Positions 9,055 through 19,167 are shown, numbered from the stretch's first letter. The stretch: DNA of 64,000 bases from an uncultured Actinomycetes bacterium (GCA_963762075.1 CAVXJC010000006.1:503943-567942), one strand, 5' to 3'. Numbers and translations: made by a program. Notes: generated from the sequence alone by a model not told the origin.

Positions 9055-11355
9055 TCACGCGCGCACCGCCGGTTTGGGGAAGCGCACCCGGGGCATACCC
9101 TTGGTCATCTGCCATTCCTCGATCGGCCAGCGGCGGCGACGCGCGTACCGGTAGAGCGACGAGTCGGGTGAGACCGCGACCGGGTTGCCCACCGCTCGGA
9201 GCAGCGGAAGATCGGAGTATGAGTCCGCATATGCGTAGGAATGACGCAGGTCGACCCCTCCGAGCGTTGCGTACCGGCGGAGCCATGCCGCGCGCGCCTC
9301 GCCCACGAGCGGCGGCGCCGACATGAACCCGGTGAAGCGCCCGTCGCGCTTCTCGAGCTCGGCGCCGATCACCACATCGAACAGCGGCGAGAGCGGGCGC
9401 ACGAACGGCTCGGCGGCGGCGGTGATCAAGATCGTCAGATGGCCGGCGGCGCGATGCTCTCGGATACGGCGGATCGCCGCCGCGCTCGCTTTCTGCAGCA
9501 TGAACTCGGCCACGTGACTCGTCACGAGTCGGTCGATGCCCTCGACGCTCGCACCCTCGAACCGCCGGAAGAAGGTACGCAGGAAGTCGCCGCGGTCGCG
9601 CCGATCGATCTGCAGGTATCCAGGGATACGCCCGAAGACGCTCGCGAGCTCGCGCGGCCATTCCTCGGGTGTCAGGTCGGCCATGCGCGCCCACACGTAG
9701 CTCTCCACCACGTTCGACGTGATGATCGTGCCTTCCATGTCGAAGAGGGCGAGCACGGGCTCGTCACGTTCGCGGATCGTCACACTCGCGCCGCGGCCGT
9801 CCCGACGAGAGAGCTCACGCAGCGACTGGGTGACCGCGGGAGAGTGCACATCCTTCATGTAGTGCTTCCAGTCGATCGCCGCGGCATCGAAGGGGAACGT
9901 TTCCGCATCACCGGACGAGAGCGACTCGAACAGCGCAAGCGTTCGGTCGTCGGTGTAGACGACCTCCGCCTCGGTGTACATGCCGTACAGATCGCTATAG
10001 CGCTTCACGAAGTCGATGCGCGCCTTGTCACGATCGACGCGACGAACGGCGTCGCGCATCGACTTCGATTTCGGCATGTGGGTCACGACCTGCTCGGCGA
10101 TATCGGTGAGCCGCTCGGCCCGGCGCAGCATGCGCTCGACGGTGAGGTTGCCGGGGAAATCCCACTCGGGCACCTTGTGCTCCCCACGACCCCGTTCGGG
10201 AAGAGGGTGCTCCTCGAAGTATTCGCGGATCCACTCGTACAACTCGAAGAAGCGCAGCGGGTTCCGGGAGCCCGAGCTCACGTTGTAGTGCGCGGCCTCA
10301 CCCGGGGCAGGCGGGTGCGCGGCGATCGCGAGCAACGCGTTCACCACGAAGTCCACCGGGATGATGTCGATGATGCCTTCGGGGATCCCCGGGAACTCCG
10401 GGATCTGCCCCAGCCCGTAGGCGCGGATGATCGGGTCGGCCATCTTGAATCCGTCGATCCACCCGGGGAACGGATGCGAGTACGCCGACTCGATGATCGA
10501 CGGCCGCACGATCGAGAGCGGGAGATTCGCCTCGGCCGCGAGCTCCTCGACCGCCCGTTCGCCCATCGCCTTCGTGAAGGTGTAGACGTCGGGCCATCCG
10601 AGCGAGCGTGCCCTGGTGCGCCCGTACTCGACCAGCCGCTTGGAGACCCACTTCAGACGACGATCCTCCGCGTCGTCGGCGACGGTCGTCGGCCCCGCTC
10701 GCGAGTGCTCGTCGCGGGCGAGACCCATGAACGCCGAGAGCATCTCGGGCTTGCGGCTGGCGGCTTCCACGTCGCTGCGGGCAGACATGGCGAGCTCGAG
10801 CTCGAGCCGGTAGTCGACTCGGTGCTCCAGGGGCCCCTCGGGAATCACGCCCTTCTGCACTCCGGCGACGTAAGCGGTCGAGACGTGCACCAGCGCGGGG
10901 GTCGATCCACCGCCGATCACCCCTCGATAGAGGTTCATCGCGCCCTGAAGGTTCGTTATGAACGCTTCGTCGATGGGCGGGTCGAAGCTCACCGTCGCGG
11001 CCGAGTGCATCGCGACGTCGATGCCCGCGGGAACCTCTGGCTGCCCACGACCGAAATCGCCGTCGACCACATCGACCCGATCGTCGAGCATCCGTCTGAG
11101 CCCGTCCTCACCGACGCGCTCCCGCAACGTGTCGAACGCCGGCTTCCGGAACAGGTACTCGACTCGTTCGCGGCTCGTCGCTCCCGTCTGCGATCGCACG
11201 AGCAGCACGATGCGAGTCTCTTCGAAGTCCGCCAGCAGCCGTTCGAACACCACCTGCGCGAGGAAGCCGGTCACCCCGGTCAACAACATCGTCTTGCCCG
11301 AGAGCGCTTCGACGATCGAAGGCGTCGCGGAGGCGCGTGCCTTGCCCTCTACCAT
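9055..11355 (-). CDS. Fatty acyl-CoA reductase (male-sterility SDR) fused to a HAD-IB hydrolase
   Basis: LTGVTGFL, VSTAYV, YTFTK, RPSIIES, DIIPVD (FAR); FDMEGT and YADSYSDLPLL (HAD-IB). Confidence 0.85.
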   Translation of the reverse strand: MVEGKARASATPSIVEALSGKTMLLTGVTGFLAQVVFERLLADFEETRIVLLVRSQTGATSRERVEYLFRKPAFDTLRERVGEDGLRRMLDDRVDVVDGDFGRGQPEVPAGIDVAMHSAATVSFDPPIDEAFITNLQGAMNLYRGVIGGGSTPALVHVSTAYVAGVQKGVIPEGPLEHRVDYRLELELAMSARSDVEAASRKPEMLSAFMGLARDEHSRAGPTTVADDAEDRRLKWVSKRLVEYGRTRARSLGWPDVYTFTKAMGERAVEELAAEANLPLSIVRPSIIESAYSHPFPGWIDGFKMADPIIRAYGLGQIPEFPGIPEGIIDIIPVDFVVNALLAIAAHPPAPGEAAHYNVSSGSRNPLRFFELYEWIREYFEEHPLPERGRGEHKVPEWDFPGNLTVERMLRRAERLTDIAEQVVTHMPKSKSMRDAVRRVDRDKARIDFVKRYSDLYGMYTEAEVVYTDDRTLALFESLSSGDAETFPFDAAAIDWKHYMKDVHSPAVTQSLRELSRRDGRGASVTIRERDEPVLALFDMEGTIITSNVVESYVWARMADLTPEEWPRELASVFGRIPGYLQIDRRDRGDFLRTFFRRFEGASVEGIDRLVTSHVAEFMLQKASAAAIRRIREHRAAGHLTILITAAAEPFVRPLSPLFDVVIGAELEKRDGRFTGFMSAPPLVGEARAAWLRRYATLGGVDLRHSYAYADSYSDLPLLRAVGNPVAVSPDSSLYRYARRRRWPIEEWQMTKGMPRVRFPKPAVRA

Positions 11356-11443
11356 GCGGCAGATTATGCCTCTCTACCGGTCGGTAGACAACCGGGCGAG
11401 GAGGCGATCCCTCGCGAGGAACCGGCTGCGCCCGCCCTGCGCC

Positions 11444-14400
11444 CTAGCGGAGGCCGACGTTGACGAAGTGGGTCGTGCCGTCATCCAGCAAGACGCCGAT
11501 CCGCCAGAATCGATTCGCCTGCGTTTTCGCGGTCCCCCAGTTGTAGATGTACTGCTGGTCCACGGAATCCCAGCGATAGGTGCCCCCGCTTGTGGGTGAG
11601 CTCGTGTAGACCGACTCGTCGATCGGAGCGGTCAACGCGCCACCGGGCGCGGGCGCGAGCCAGACAGGAAGCATGTTGGTCTGCACCACCCTGCCGTCTG
11701 CGGTCCGCAGTCGGAACTTCACCGGTACGGTCGATCCCGCCTTGAAGATGCTGGCGCCGGTTCCAACCTGATGCGCCGTGTCGTTGATCGGCTGCAGGAA
11801 CCCGCCGAACGCGTACACGACCCGGTACGACCCCGTGACCGACGTCGCGTTCCCGGCGAGGTCGGTCGCGGTGGCGGTGAAGGAGTACGTCCCGACACCG
11901 TTGGCGAGCCCGCCCGAGATGCTCATCCGGCAGGAACCGTCGAGTCCCGAGCCGGCGTCCGCCGCCGAGCACGTTCCCGAGGGGACCGCACCGAGCGTGT
12001 AGATGCCTCCGTTCGCGACGCCTCCGATCGTGATCGATGGATGTGTCACGTCGATGTTCAGGCCCTCGACCGCTGCCCTACGCTCGTTGCCGGCCGCGTC
12101 GACGGCGACGCCGCTCACCGACTGCCCGGCGCCCTCGCCCGAGAGCACCGCATCGGCGGGGCAGGTCGCGATGCCCGAGAGCCCGTCGTGACAGCTGAAG
12201 CGCACGGTGACCGCCGAGGCGTACCACCCGTGGGCGTTCGGCGTCGTGGTCGGCGCCCCCGAGATCGACGGAGCGGTCTCGTCCAGCTTCACCTCGACCG
12301 AGTCGGTCCCTCGGTTGCCGGCCATGTCGGAGGCCTCACCGTGCACGGTCGTCCCCCCGGTTTCTTCGGTGATCGTGACGTCGGCGGTGACCGTGTCATC
12401 GTCCACACCCGAGCCGTCCTCGTCGTCGACCGCGTCGAACCGAACCGTGACGTCCGATCGGTTCCAGCCGGCGGCGTTCGGCGACGGCGTGAGAACGTGC
12501 GACACGGCCGGAGCGATCGTGTCGTAGTCGATCTGCACGGCGCCGGGCGTCTCCTCGTTGCCGGCGGCGTCGACGGCATAGAACCGCACCGTCGCGTCGC
12601 CCGACCCGCTCAGCGGCACCGCAACACGCGCCGATGCGCCGGGTTCGGTGTGCCACGCGCCCGCACCGATGCGGTAGCGGATCTCCTGGACGCCCGACAG
12701 CCCGACCTGGTCGTCAGCCGAGAGCTCGATCGTGGCGTCGTCACGGCAGTAGCCGTTCGCACCGGTGCACGACAGCGTCGCCGTCGTCGACGGTGCCCGG
12801 CTGTCGATGTCGATGCCGTGCAGGGTCGTGCTGGCCACATTGTCGGCGCGGTCGGTCGCCGCGCCCGTCACGAACTGGTCGGCGCCGTCCTCGGAGAGCA
12901 CGGTGTCGGCGGCGCACTCCTGCGTACCGGAGAGCAGGTCCTCACACGTGAAGTGCACGCGGACGGCGCCGTTGAACCACCCTGCGCCGTTCGGGGAGCG
13001 TGGCGCGAGGTCATCGTCCACCGTGGTGGCCGCGATCGTGGGGGCGGTTCGGTCGATCATGATGCCGGAGTAGGCGCCTGTACCCTCGTTGCCCGCCTTG
13101 TCGAACACCGAGACGGGTCCAGCGACCAGGCCGACTCCCTCGCCGGTGACGGTGATGTCGTCCGGAAGGGTGGAAGGGTCGACGCCGGAGAGGCCATCCT
13201 CAGCCGCCCATCCGACCGTGACGTCGCTCCGGTACCAGCCGAATGCGTTCGGCTGCGACGAAGGCGTGCCCGACAGGGTCGGGACTGTCAGGTCGATGTT
13301 GATGCCAGCGACCGAGACCGAGGTCGTGTTACCGGCGTTGTCGAGCGCCATACCGGTGACGCTCTGTTCCTCGCCCTCGTTCACCACCTGCGCGGGATCG
13401 CTGCAGGCGGCGACGCCAGACTCGGGATCCTCACACAGAAAGTCGACCACCACCGTGCCGTTGTTCCAACCGAAGCCGTTGGCGGCGGGCTGACGGTTGG
13501 CGGCGATCGTGGGCGGGTTGCCGTCGATCTTCACGGTGATCGTGTGACCGGGAGCAGTCTCGTCTTCCACGTTGCCGGCGAGGTCCTCGCTCCAGAACGT
13601 GATGGTGTGCTCCCCGGTCAAGGTGTGCTGGAACGGTCCGGTGTATTGCCGGGCGGAGCCTCCGTCGACGCGGTATGACGTGGTTGCGATCCCGGACAGG
13701 TCGGGTCCGGTGGCGAGGGTGACCTCCACGCCGCCCGCGTGCCACCCGCTCGCGAGCGGATCGGGCAGGATCGCCGTGGTGCTCGGAGCGGTCCGGTCGA
13801 TCTTGATACCCGACACCGAGCGGTCGCGTGAGTTCCCGGCCCGGTCGGTCACGTGCGCGGTCGCGGAGAGGTCGTCGCCCTCGCCGGTCACGACGCTGTC
13901 CTGCGGGCACGTGCCCTCGATGCCGGAGAGCGCGTCGAAGCACGACCATCCAACGATCACGTCGCCGCGGTACCAGCCGTGCTCGTTCGGATCCGTCGCG
14001 GTCTCGCCGGTGAGCGACGGCTTCGTCTCGTCGATATCGATGTCACCGACCACCGATCGGCTCTCGTTGCCGGCACCATCAGTGGCCAGGCCGGTCACCG
14101 ACTGGTCCTCGCCTTCGCCCAGCGTCTCGTCACCGGTGCAGTCCGCGACACCCGAGAGCAGGTCGGTGCACGTGAACGTCACCGTGACGGGAGCGTCGTA
14201 CCAGCCCGAGCCATTCGGGTCGCGGTCCCGGGCACCCGAGATCGTCGGGTCGGTCATGTCGATCGACACGCTCGCCTCGTCGGTCGCTTCGTTGCCGGCG
14301 GTGTCCACGGCCGAGCCGGTCACGAGCTGCCCCGCCCCCTCGCCTGACACGACCTGCGGGCCGGTGCAGCTCGCGATACCCGAGAGGGTGTCGGTGCAGA

Positions 14401-15844
14401 TGAATGTGACGGTGGCCTCGGCGTCGTGCCAGTCGTTGGCGTTTGCGTCGGGTGACACCGCGTGCGAGATCGAGGGGGCAGTGCGATCGATGCTGACCGC
14501 GACGGCCCTGTGCGCTTCCTCGTTGCCCGCCTCGTCCATGCTCCAGAACTCGAGGACGTGCTCTCCCTCTTCGTCGATCGACACCGAGGCGCCGGCCTGC
14601 GCCGGACCTGCGTCGACGGCGTAGTAGGTGGCGTCCACACCCGACAGCCCATCGCTCGCCGAGAGCTCGACCGTGACGCCGACGTTGCTCCAGCCCGACG
14701 GCGCAGACGCCGTCGTCATTGGCGCGGTCGTGTCGATCCTCACACCGGGCGACAGCGCCGCCGTGGTGTTGCCAGCGCGATCGGCCACCGACGCCGACGC
14801 GGTGAGTCCGGTGCCGTCGCCGGCGATCGTTCCGTCGGCCGGGCACCCTCCCTCGATGCCGGACAGCGTGTCGCTGCAAGACCAGTCGATCGTGACGGGG
14901 CCGTCGTACCAGCCGTTGTGGTTCGGCGCGGTCGTGGGCGACCCGGCCAGCTGAGGGGAGGTCGTGTCGATATTGATGCCACCCACCGTCGTGCTCGCGA
15001 GGTTCCCGGCGGTGTCGGTCGCGGTGCCTGTGGCGGAGAGACCGGACCCGTCGCCCGAGAGCACCGTGGAACCCGGGCAGCTCGCGATGCCCGACAGCGC
15101 GTCGGAGCAGGAGAAGCTCACCGTGACCGGACCGGCGTTCCACCCGTTGGCGTTGGCGCCGGGGCTTCGCGATCCGGAGATCAGGGGATCGATCTTGTCG
15201 AGCTTGACGGTGACCGACCCGGACGCCGAGTTGCCCAGGCGATCGGTCGCAGTCGAGGTGCGAGCGATCCCCGCGGTGTCCACGGTGACGGAGTCGCTCG
15301 AGGGGGTCGGGCCACTTGCGATTCCCGATCCGGCGTCGATGGCCGCCCAGGTGATGCCCACGTTCGTGCGGTTCCACCCATTGGCGTTCGGAAGCGGTGT
15401 CAGCGTGCCGCTCACCATCGGGCCGGAGTTATCGAGCACGTACGAAGCTTGTCTCGAGCCCGGCTGGCCGGTGCAGTTGTTCGCGTTGAAGTCCGGGCGC
15501 GCCGTCGCGGTGATCGTCCGTACTCCATCACCGGAGCCGGCCGAGAACGCGAACGTCCACGATGACTTCGCCGCGGCCGATCGCTGCTCCGCGGTGTGGG
15601 CACCCGTGATCTGCACGCACCTCGTGTCGCTCGAGGTCGTGAGGTTCAAGGTGAGCGACCCTCCGTTCCGGGCGTACAGCGTGTCGGCAACCACCACGGT
15701 GCCCGTTCCCCCGGCAAACGCCGCGGCCGAGACCGACGCGGCGAAGGCCGGAGGGGACTGCAGGATCGCTGCCGTGACGAGCGCTGCGGCGGTGAGCGCG
15801 CGAACGCTCCGAGCTCGGTGTCGTCCGACGTTCCGCGATCCCAT
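11444..15844 (-). CDS. Large secreted Ig-like repeat protein with C-terminal PxKF domain
   Basis: Signal peptide ending near 'PPAFA|AS'; about 15 repeats of NxxGW...VTV.F.C.D.LSG...D.AGN; C-terminal 'TVPVKFRL'; start set at ATG 15844 after a GAGG-rich SD. Confidence 0.85.
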   Translation of the reverse strand: MGSRNVGRHRARSVRALTAAALVTAAILQSPPAFAASVSAAAFAGGTGTVVVADTLYARNGGSLTLNLTTSSDTRCVQITGAHTAEQRSAAAKSSWTFAFSAGSGDGVRTITATARPDFNANNCTGQPGSRQASYVLDNSGPMVSGTLTPLPNANGWNRTNVGITWAAIDAGSGIASGPTPSSDSVTVDTAGIARTSTATDRLGNSASGSVTVKLDKIDPLISGSRSPGANANGWNAGPVTVSFSCSDALSGIASCPGSTVLSGDGSGLSATGTATDTAGNLASTTVGGINIDTTSPQLAGSPTTAPNHNGWYDGPVTIDWSCSDTLSGIEGGCPADGTIAGDGTGLTASASVADRAGNTTAALSPGVRIDTTAPMTTASAPSGWSNVGVTVELSASDGLSGVDATYYAVDAGPAQAGASVSIDEEGEHVLEFWSMDEAGNEEAHRAVAVSIDRTAPSISHAVSPDANANDWHDAEATVTFICTDTLSGIASCTGPQVVSGEGAGQLVTGSAVDTAGNEATDEASVSIDMTDPTISGARDRDPNGSGWYDAPVTVTFTCTDLLSGVADCTGDETLGEGEDQSVTGLATDGAGNESRSVVGDIDIDETKPSLTGETATDPNEHGWYRGDVIVGWSCFDALSGIEGTCPQDSVVTGEGDDLSATAHVTDRAGNSRDRSVSGIKIDRTAPSTTAILPDPLASGWHAGGVEVTLATGPDLSGIATTSYRVDGGSARQYTGPFQHTLTGEHTITFWSEDLAGNVEDETAPGHTITVKIDGNPPTIAANRQPAANGFGWNNGTVVVDFLCEDPESGVAACSDPAQVVNEGEEQSVTGMALDNAGNTTSVSVAGINIDLTVPTLSGTPSSQPNAFGWYRSDVTVGWAAEDGLSGVDPSTLPDDITVTGEGVGLVAGPVSVFDKAGNEGTGAYSGIMIDRTAPTIAATTVDDDLAPRSPNGAGWFNGAVRVHFTCEDLLSGTQECAADTVLSEDGADQFVTGAATDRADNVASTTLHGIDIDSRAPSTTATLSCTGANGYCRDDATIELSADDQVGLSGVQEIRYRIGAGAWHTEPGASARVAVPLSGSGDATVRFYAVDAAGNEETPGAVQIDYDTIAPAVSHVLTPSPNAAGWNRSDVTVRFDAVDDEDGSGVDDDTVTADVTITEETGGTTVHGEASDMAGNRGTDSVEVKLDETAPSISGAPTTTPNAHGWYASAVTVRFSCHDGLSGIATCPADAVLSGEGAGQSVSGVAVDAAGNERRAAVEGLNIDVTHPSITIGGVANGGIYTLGAVPSGTCSAADAGSGLDGSCRMSISGGLANGVGTYSFTATATDLAGNATSVTGSYRVVYAFGGFLQPINDTAHQVGTGASIFKAGSTVPVKFRLRTADGRVVQTNMLPVWLAPAPGGALTAPIDESVYTSSPTSGGTYRWDSVDQQYIYNWGTAKTQANRFWRIGVLLDDGTTHFVNVGLR

Positions 15845-16073
15845 CAGCCTCAACAACTCCTCGTATGGCGAGCCCCCCAACCGCCGTTCGGCGTCACCCA
15901 TGCGGCCCGTCGCCGCGATGACCCAGGATGCACTCCACGCACCCGACCCGGGAACCGCTGAAGGTCGCAACGTTGCGCAGGGGGTGCGGGCCCGACAGCC
16001 TGGGCCGAAGGTCCGGGGATCGAAGGGCAAAGGGCGGAGGGAGCTCCATCACCGCCACTAGACTTCTCAGCCC

Positions 16074-16361
16074 ATGCGGATCGACGAGTTGCAAGCATCG
16101 ATGGACAGCATCTACGGCACGCGCGATGCCGATCGCGGTCGCGACGCCGTCTTCCGATGGCTCGTCGAGGAAGTCGGCGAGCTCGCCAAGGCGCTGCGAA
16201 CCGGCGACCGGGCGAACCTCGAGCACGAGTTCGGTGACGTGCTCGCCTGGCTCGCGTCGCTCGCCAACATCGAAGGTATCCACCTCGAGATGGCCGTGGC
16301 CCGGTATGCGGGCGGATGTCCGAAGTGCGGCCGTACGCCGTGCGGGTGCCCGTGGCCGTGA
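16074..16361 (+). CDS. MazG-like nucleotide pyrophosphohydrolase with C-terminal Cys motif
   Basis: EEVGEL...EFGDVL acidic motif; CPKCGRTPCGC tail. Confidence 0.85.
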   Translation: MRIDELQASMDSIYGTRDADRGRDAVFRWLVEEVGELAKALRTGDRANLEHEFGDVLAWLASLANIEGIHLEMAVARYAGGCPKCGRTPCGCPWP

Positions 16362-17554
16362 GCACCGCCGAGATCAGAGCACCCGCAGAAGAAGAGCGTG
16401 AGCGCATCGCGGACGTGCTCGCGACGTCTCTCAACTTCTCGCGCGAGCGCGCCCTCGCGCGGTCGCACCTGTACGAGCTCGACGACATGCGGGTCGCGGT
16501 CGTCGGCGACGACATCGTCGCGACGGCCGGGGAGCTCCGCTTCGACCAGTGGTTCGGGGGGCGTGCGCTCGCGTGCTCGGCGATCTGGGGCGTGGCCACA
16601 TTGCCCGAGCATCGCGGCTCTGGGATCGCCTCGGCAGTGACCGAGGCTGTCATGAGAGCGGGGCGTGGCCGGGGGGCGGTCGTCAGCGCGCTGTTCCCTG
16701 CCGTGTTGAGACCGTATCGGGCGCTCGGCTACGAGCTCGCCGGCACCTTCACCAGACATCGAGTGGCGATCGACGCGATCCCGTCGCAACATTTCGGGAC
16801 GCCCGCGCCCGAGCTCTTCGACGCCGAGCGCGATCTTGCCGGCGTTCGCGCGGCCTATCGCACATCCGCGTCCGCCCACACGGGACCCGTCGAGCCGACC
16901 GGCGACCGACACTGGGTCGACCGCATCATGATCCGCACCGACGACGAGACCAGGCGCGCCGTCGTGGTCCGTGAGGGCGGCGAGGTAACCGGCTTCCTGG
17001 TCACGGGCCGTGAACCCGATCCGGGGCCACTCGACGTCGCGTTCGGACTGTGGACCGAAGCGTTCGTCGCGAACACCGAAGCGTCGCTGTGGTCCCTGTT
17101 GACCTACGTGCGACGGTTCGGTGGGATCGGCAAGTGGTTCCAGTGGAGCGGACCGCCCAACGATCCGATCGTGCTGCTCATGCCCGAGCAATCGCTCTCG
17201 GTCGACATGCACTACCGATGGATGCTGCGACTGCTCGACGTACGCGCGGCGTTCGAGCGACGAGGTTGGCCTGCGGTCGATGCCGAGGTGATCTTCGCCG
17301 TCGACGATCCGATGTTCCCCGACAACAGCGGACCGTGGACACTGCGTGTCGAGCGCGGTGAGGCGACCGTCGCGCGACACGACGGTGAAAGTCCCACGCC
17401 GACCCCGATCGGCGTCTTGTCGGCGATGTTCAGCGGGTACCTGCGGCCCGGCGACGCGGTCCGCCTCGGGTTGATCGACGCCGCGCACCCCGCGGTCGAG
17501 GAGTTCTCCCGCCTGTTGAGTGGGCCCGACCCGTGGTGCCCGTTCTTCTTCTGA
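16358..17554 (+). CDS. Eis-like GNAT acetyltransferase with SCP2-like C-terminal domain
   Basis: VATLPEHRGSGIA acetyl-CoA motif, YRALGYE, 'WMLRLLDV', C-terminal 'PWCPFFF'; GTGA overlap with the upstream stop. Confidence 0.85.
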   Translation: MSTAEIRAPAEEERERIADVLATSLNFSRERALARSHLYELDDMRVAVVGDDIVATAGELRFDQWFGGRALACSAIWGVATLPEHRGSGIASAVTEAVMRAGRGRGAVVSALFPAVLRPYRALGYELAGTFTRHRVAIDAIPSQHFGTPAPELFDAERDLAGVRAAYRTSASAHTGPVEPTGDRHWVDRIMIRTDDETRRAVVVREGGEVTGFLVTGREPDPGPLDVAFGLWTEAFVANTEASLWSLLTYVRRFGGIGKWFQWSGPPNDPIVLLMPEQSLSVDMHYRWMLRLLDVRAAFERRGWPAVDAEVIFAVDDPMFPDNSGPWTLRVERGEATVARHDGESPTPTPIGVLSAMFSGYLRPGDAVRLGLIDAAHPAVEEFSRLLSGPDPWCPFFF

Positions 17555-17567
17555 CTGCGGTGACACG

Positions 17568-18056
17568 ATGAGCGAGGTCACGGTTCGGATGGCAACGCCC
17601 GGCGACTGGGTCGCGATCGCCGGGCTGCTCGTCGAGCTCGGACGCGGCGTCGCCTCCGGTACGGCCGACGACCCGACGCATCGTCAGTCCTTCGCCGGCC
17701 ACCTACGTCAGCTGGGCAATGTGACACTCGTGGCCGACGTCGACGGAGAGGTCGCCGGCGTCATCGACATGGCGTACCACCAGCGGCTCGGCGACCATCG
17801 TCCACAGGCGCGTGTGAACGACGTGGTGGTGACCGAGCGCGCGCGCGGCGCCGGCGTGGGCACCGCTCTGCTGCGACGAGCGGAGGAGCTGGCGCGCAAG
17901 CGTGGGTGCTTCCGAATGGCGCTCGTCACGGCCACGTGGCGCGAGGCTTCGATCGGCTTCTACCGGCGGGAAGGCTGGCATGACTATGGGGCGTGGTTCG
18001 TGAAGCCGCTCGTCGACGGCGTGTCACCCGGTGGAGAGCCCACCGACGACAACTGA
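17568..18056 (+). CDS. GNAT family N-acetyltransferase
   Basis: VVTERARGAGVGTALL; FYRREGW. Confidence 0.85.
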   Translation: MSEVTVRMATPGDWVAIAGLLVELGRGVASGTADDPTHRQSFAGHLRQLGNVTLVADVDGEVAGVIDMAYHQRLGDHRPQARVNDVVVTERARGAGVGTALLRRAEELARKRGCFRMALVTATWREASIGFYRREGWHDYGAWFVKPLVDGVSPGGEPTDDN

Positions 18057-18100
18057 TCCATCCAGACTCGGACCCGACATTCGCAGCGGGCGCTAGCGCT

Positions 18101-19130
18101 TCAGGACGTGAACAGATGCTCGGCGATCTGGACCGCGTCGAGCGCCGCTCCTTTTCGCAGGTTGTCGGCGCAACTGAACAGCATGAGCGCGTCGTCGCGT
18201 CCCGGCACCTGCCTGACACGCCCCACGAGCGCCTCGTCGCCACCGGCGGCATCGAGAGGCGACGGGAACACCCCGTTCACGGGATCGTCCATGAGCCGAA
18301 CGCCCGGCGCCGATGACAACGCCTCGCGGGCTTCTGCGACCGTGATCGGTCGGGAGAACTCGGCGAGCATCGAGACGGCGTGACCTGTGACGACGGGCAC
18401 CCGAACGGAGGTCGCGACCACGCGCATACCGGGTGCGCTCAGGATCTTGCGCGGCTCGGCCATCATCTTCGATTCCTCGCCGGTGAAGCCGTCGGCCTCG
18501 AACTCCCCGATCTTCGCGACCACGTTGAAGGCGATCGGCTTCGCGAAAACCTCGCCCTGTGGCAGAGCGTCGCGTCGGGATGGGCGAGCGACTCGATGTC
18601 GCCTCCGAGCTTGTCGACCTGCTCGGCGAGCTCACGCGTTCCCTTCATGCCCGCGCCGCTCACCGCCTGATAGCTCGAGAGCACGAGCGAGACACACCCC
18701 GCCGCGCGATGCAGCGGACCCAGCGCGAGCACGGCGGTGATCGCGGTGCAGTTCGGCACCGCGATGATGCCCGGGTGCGGCCAGCCCTCGAGCGCCTCCG
18801 GGTTCACCTCGGGCACCGAGAGCGGCACGTCGGGGTCCATGCGGAAGGCACTCGAGTTGTCGATGCAGACCGTCCGTTCGACGCGATGTCGGGCAGGAAC
18901 GCTTTCGATGTCGACGCGCCGGCCGAGACGAAAGCCACGTCGGCCCCGCGTGCAGCTTCGATGGAGAGCTCACGCACCTCGTGCTCTTCCCCCGCGAACT
19001 CGACGAGGCGACCTGCGCTACGGGTACTGGCCAGCAGCACGAGCTCGTCGACGGGGAAGCGTCGCTCCTCGAGGATGCGGAGCATCTCCCGGCCGACCGC
19101 CCCGGTGGCTCCGATGACCGCGATCTTCAT
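18101..19130 (-). pseudogene. asd: Aspartate-semialdehyde dehydrogenase split by two apparent 1-nt deletions (possibly sequencing errors)
   Basis: Three consecutive frames give [58 protein letters not shown]; shifts near 18874 and 18570. Confidence 0.85.
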
Positions 19131-19167
19131 GGTCGTTCAACGCTACCAGCGAGCACGGACCGCCCGG

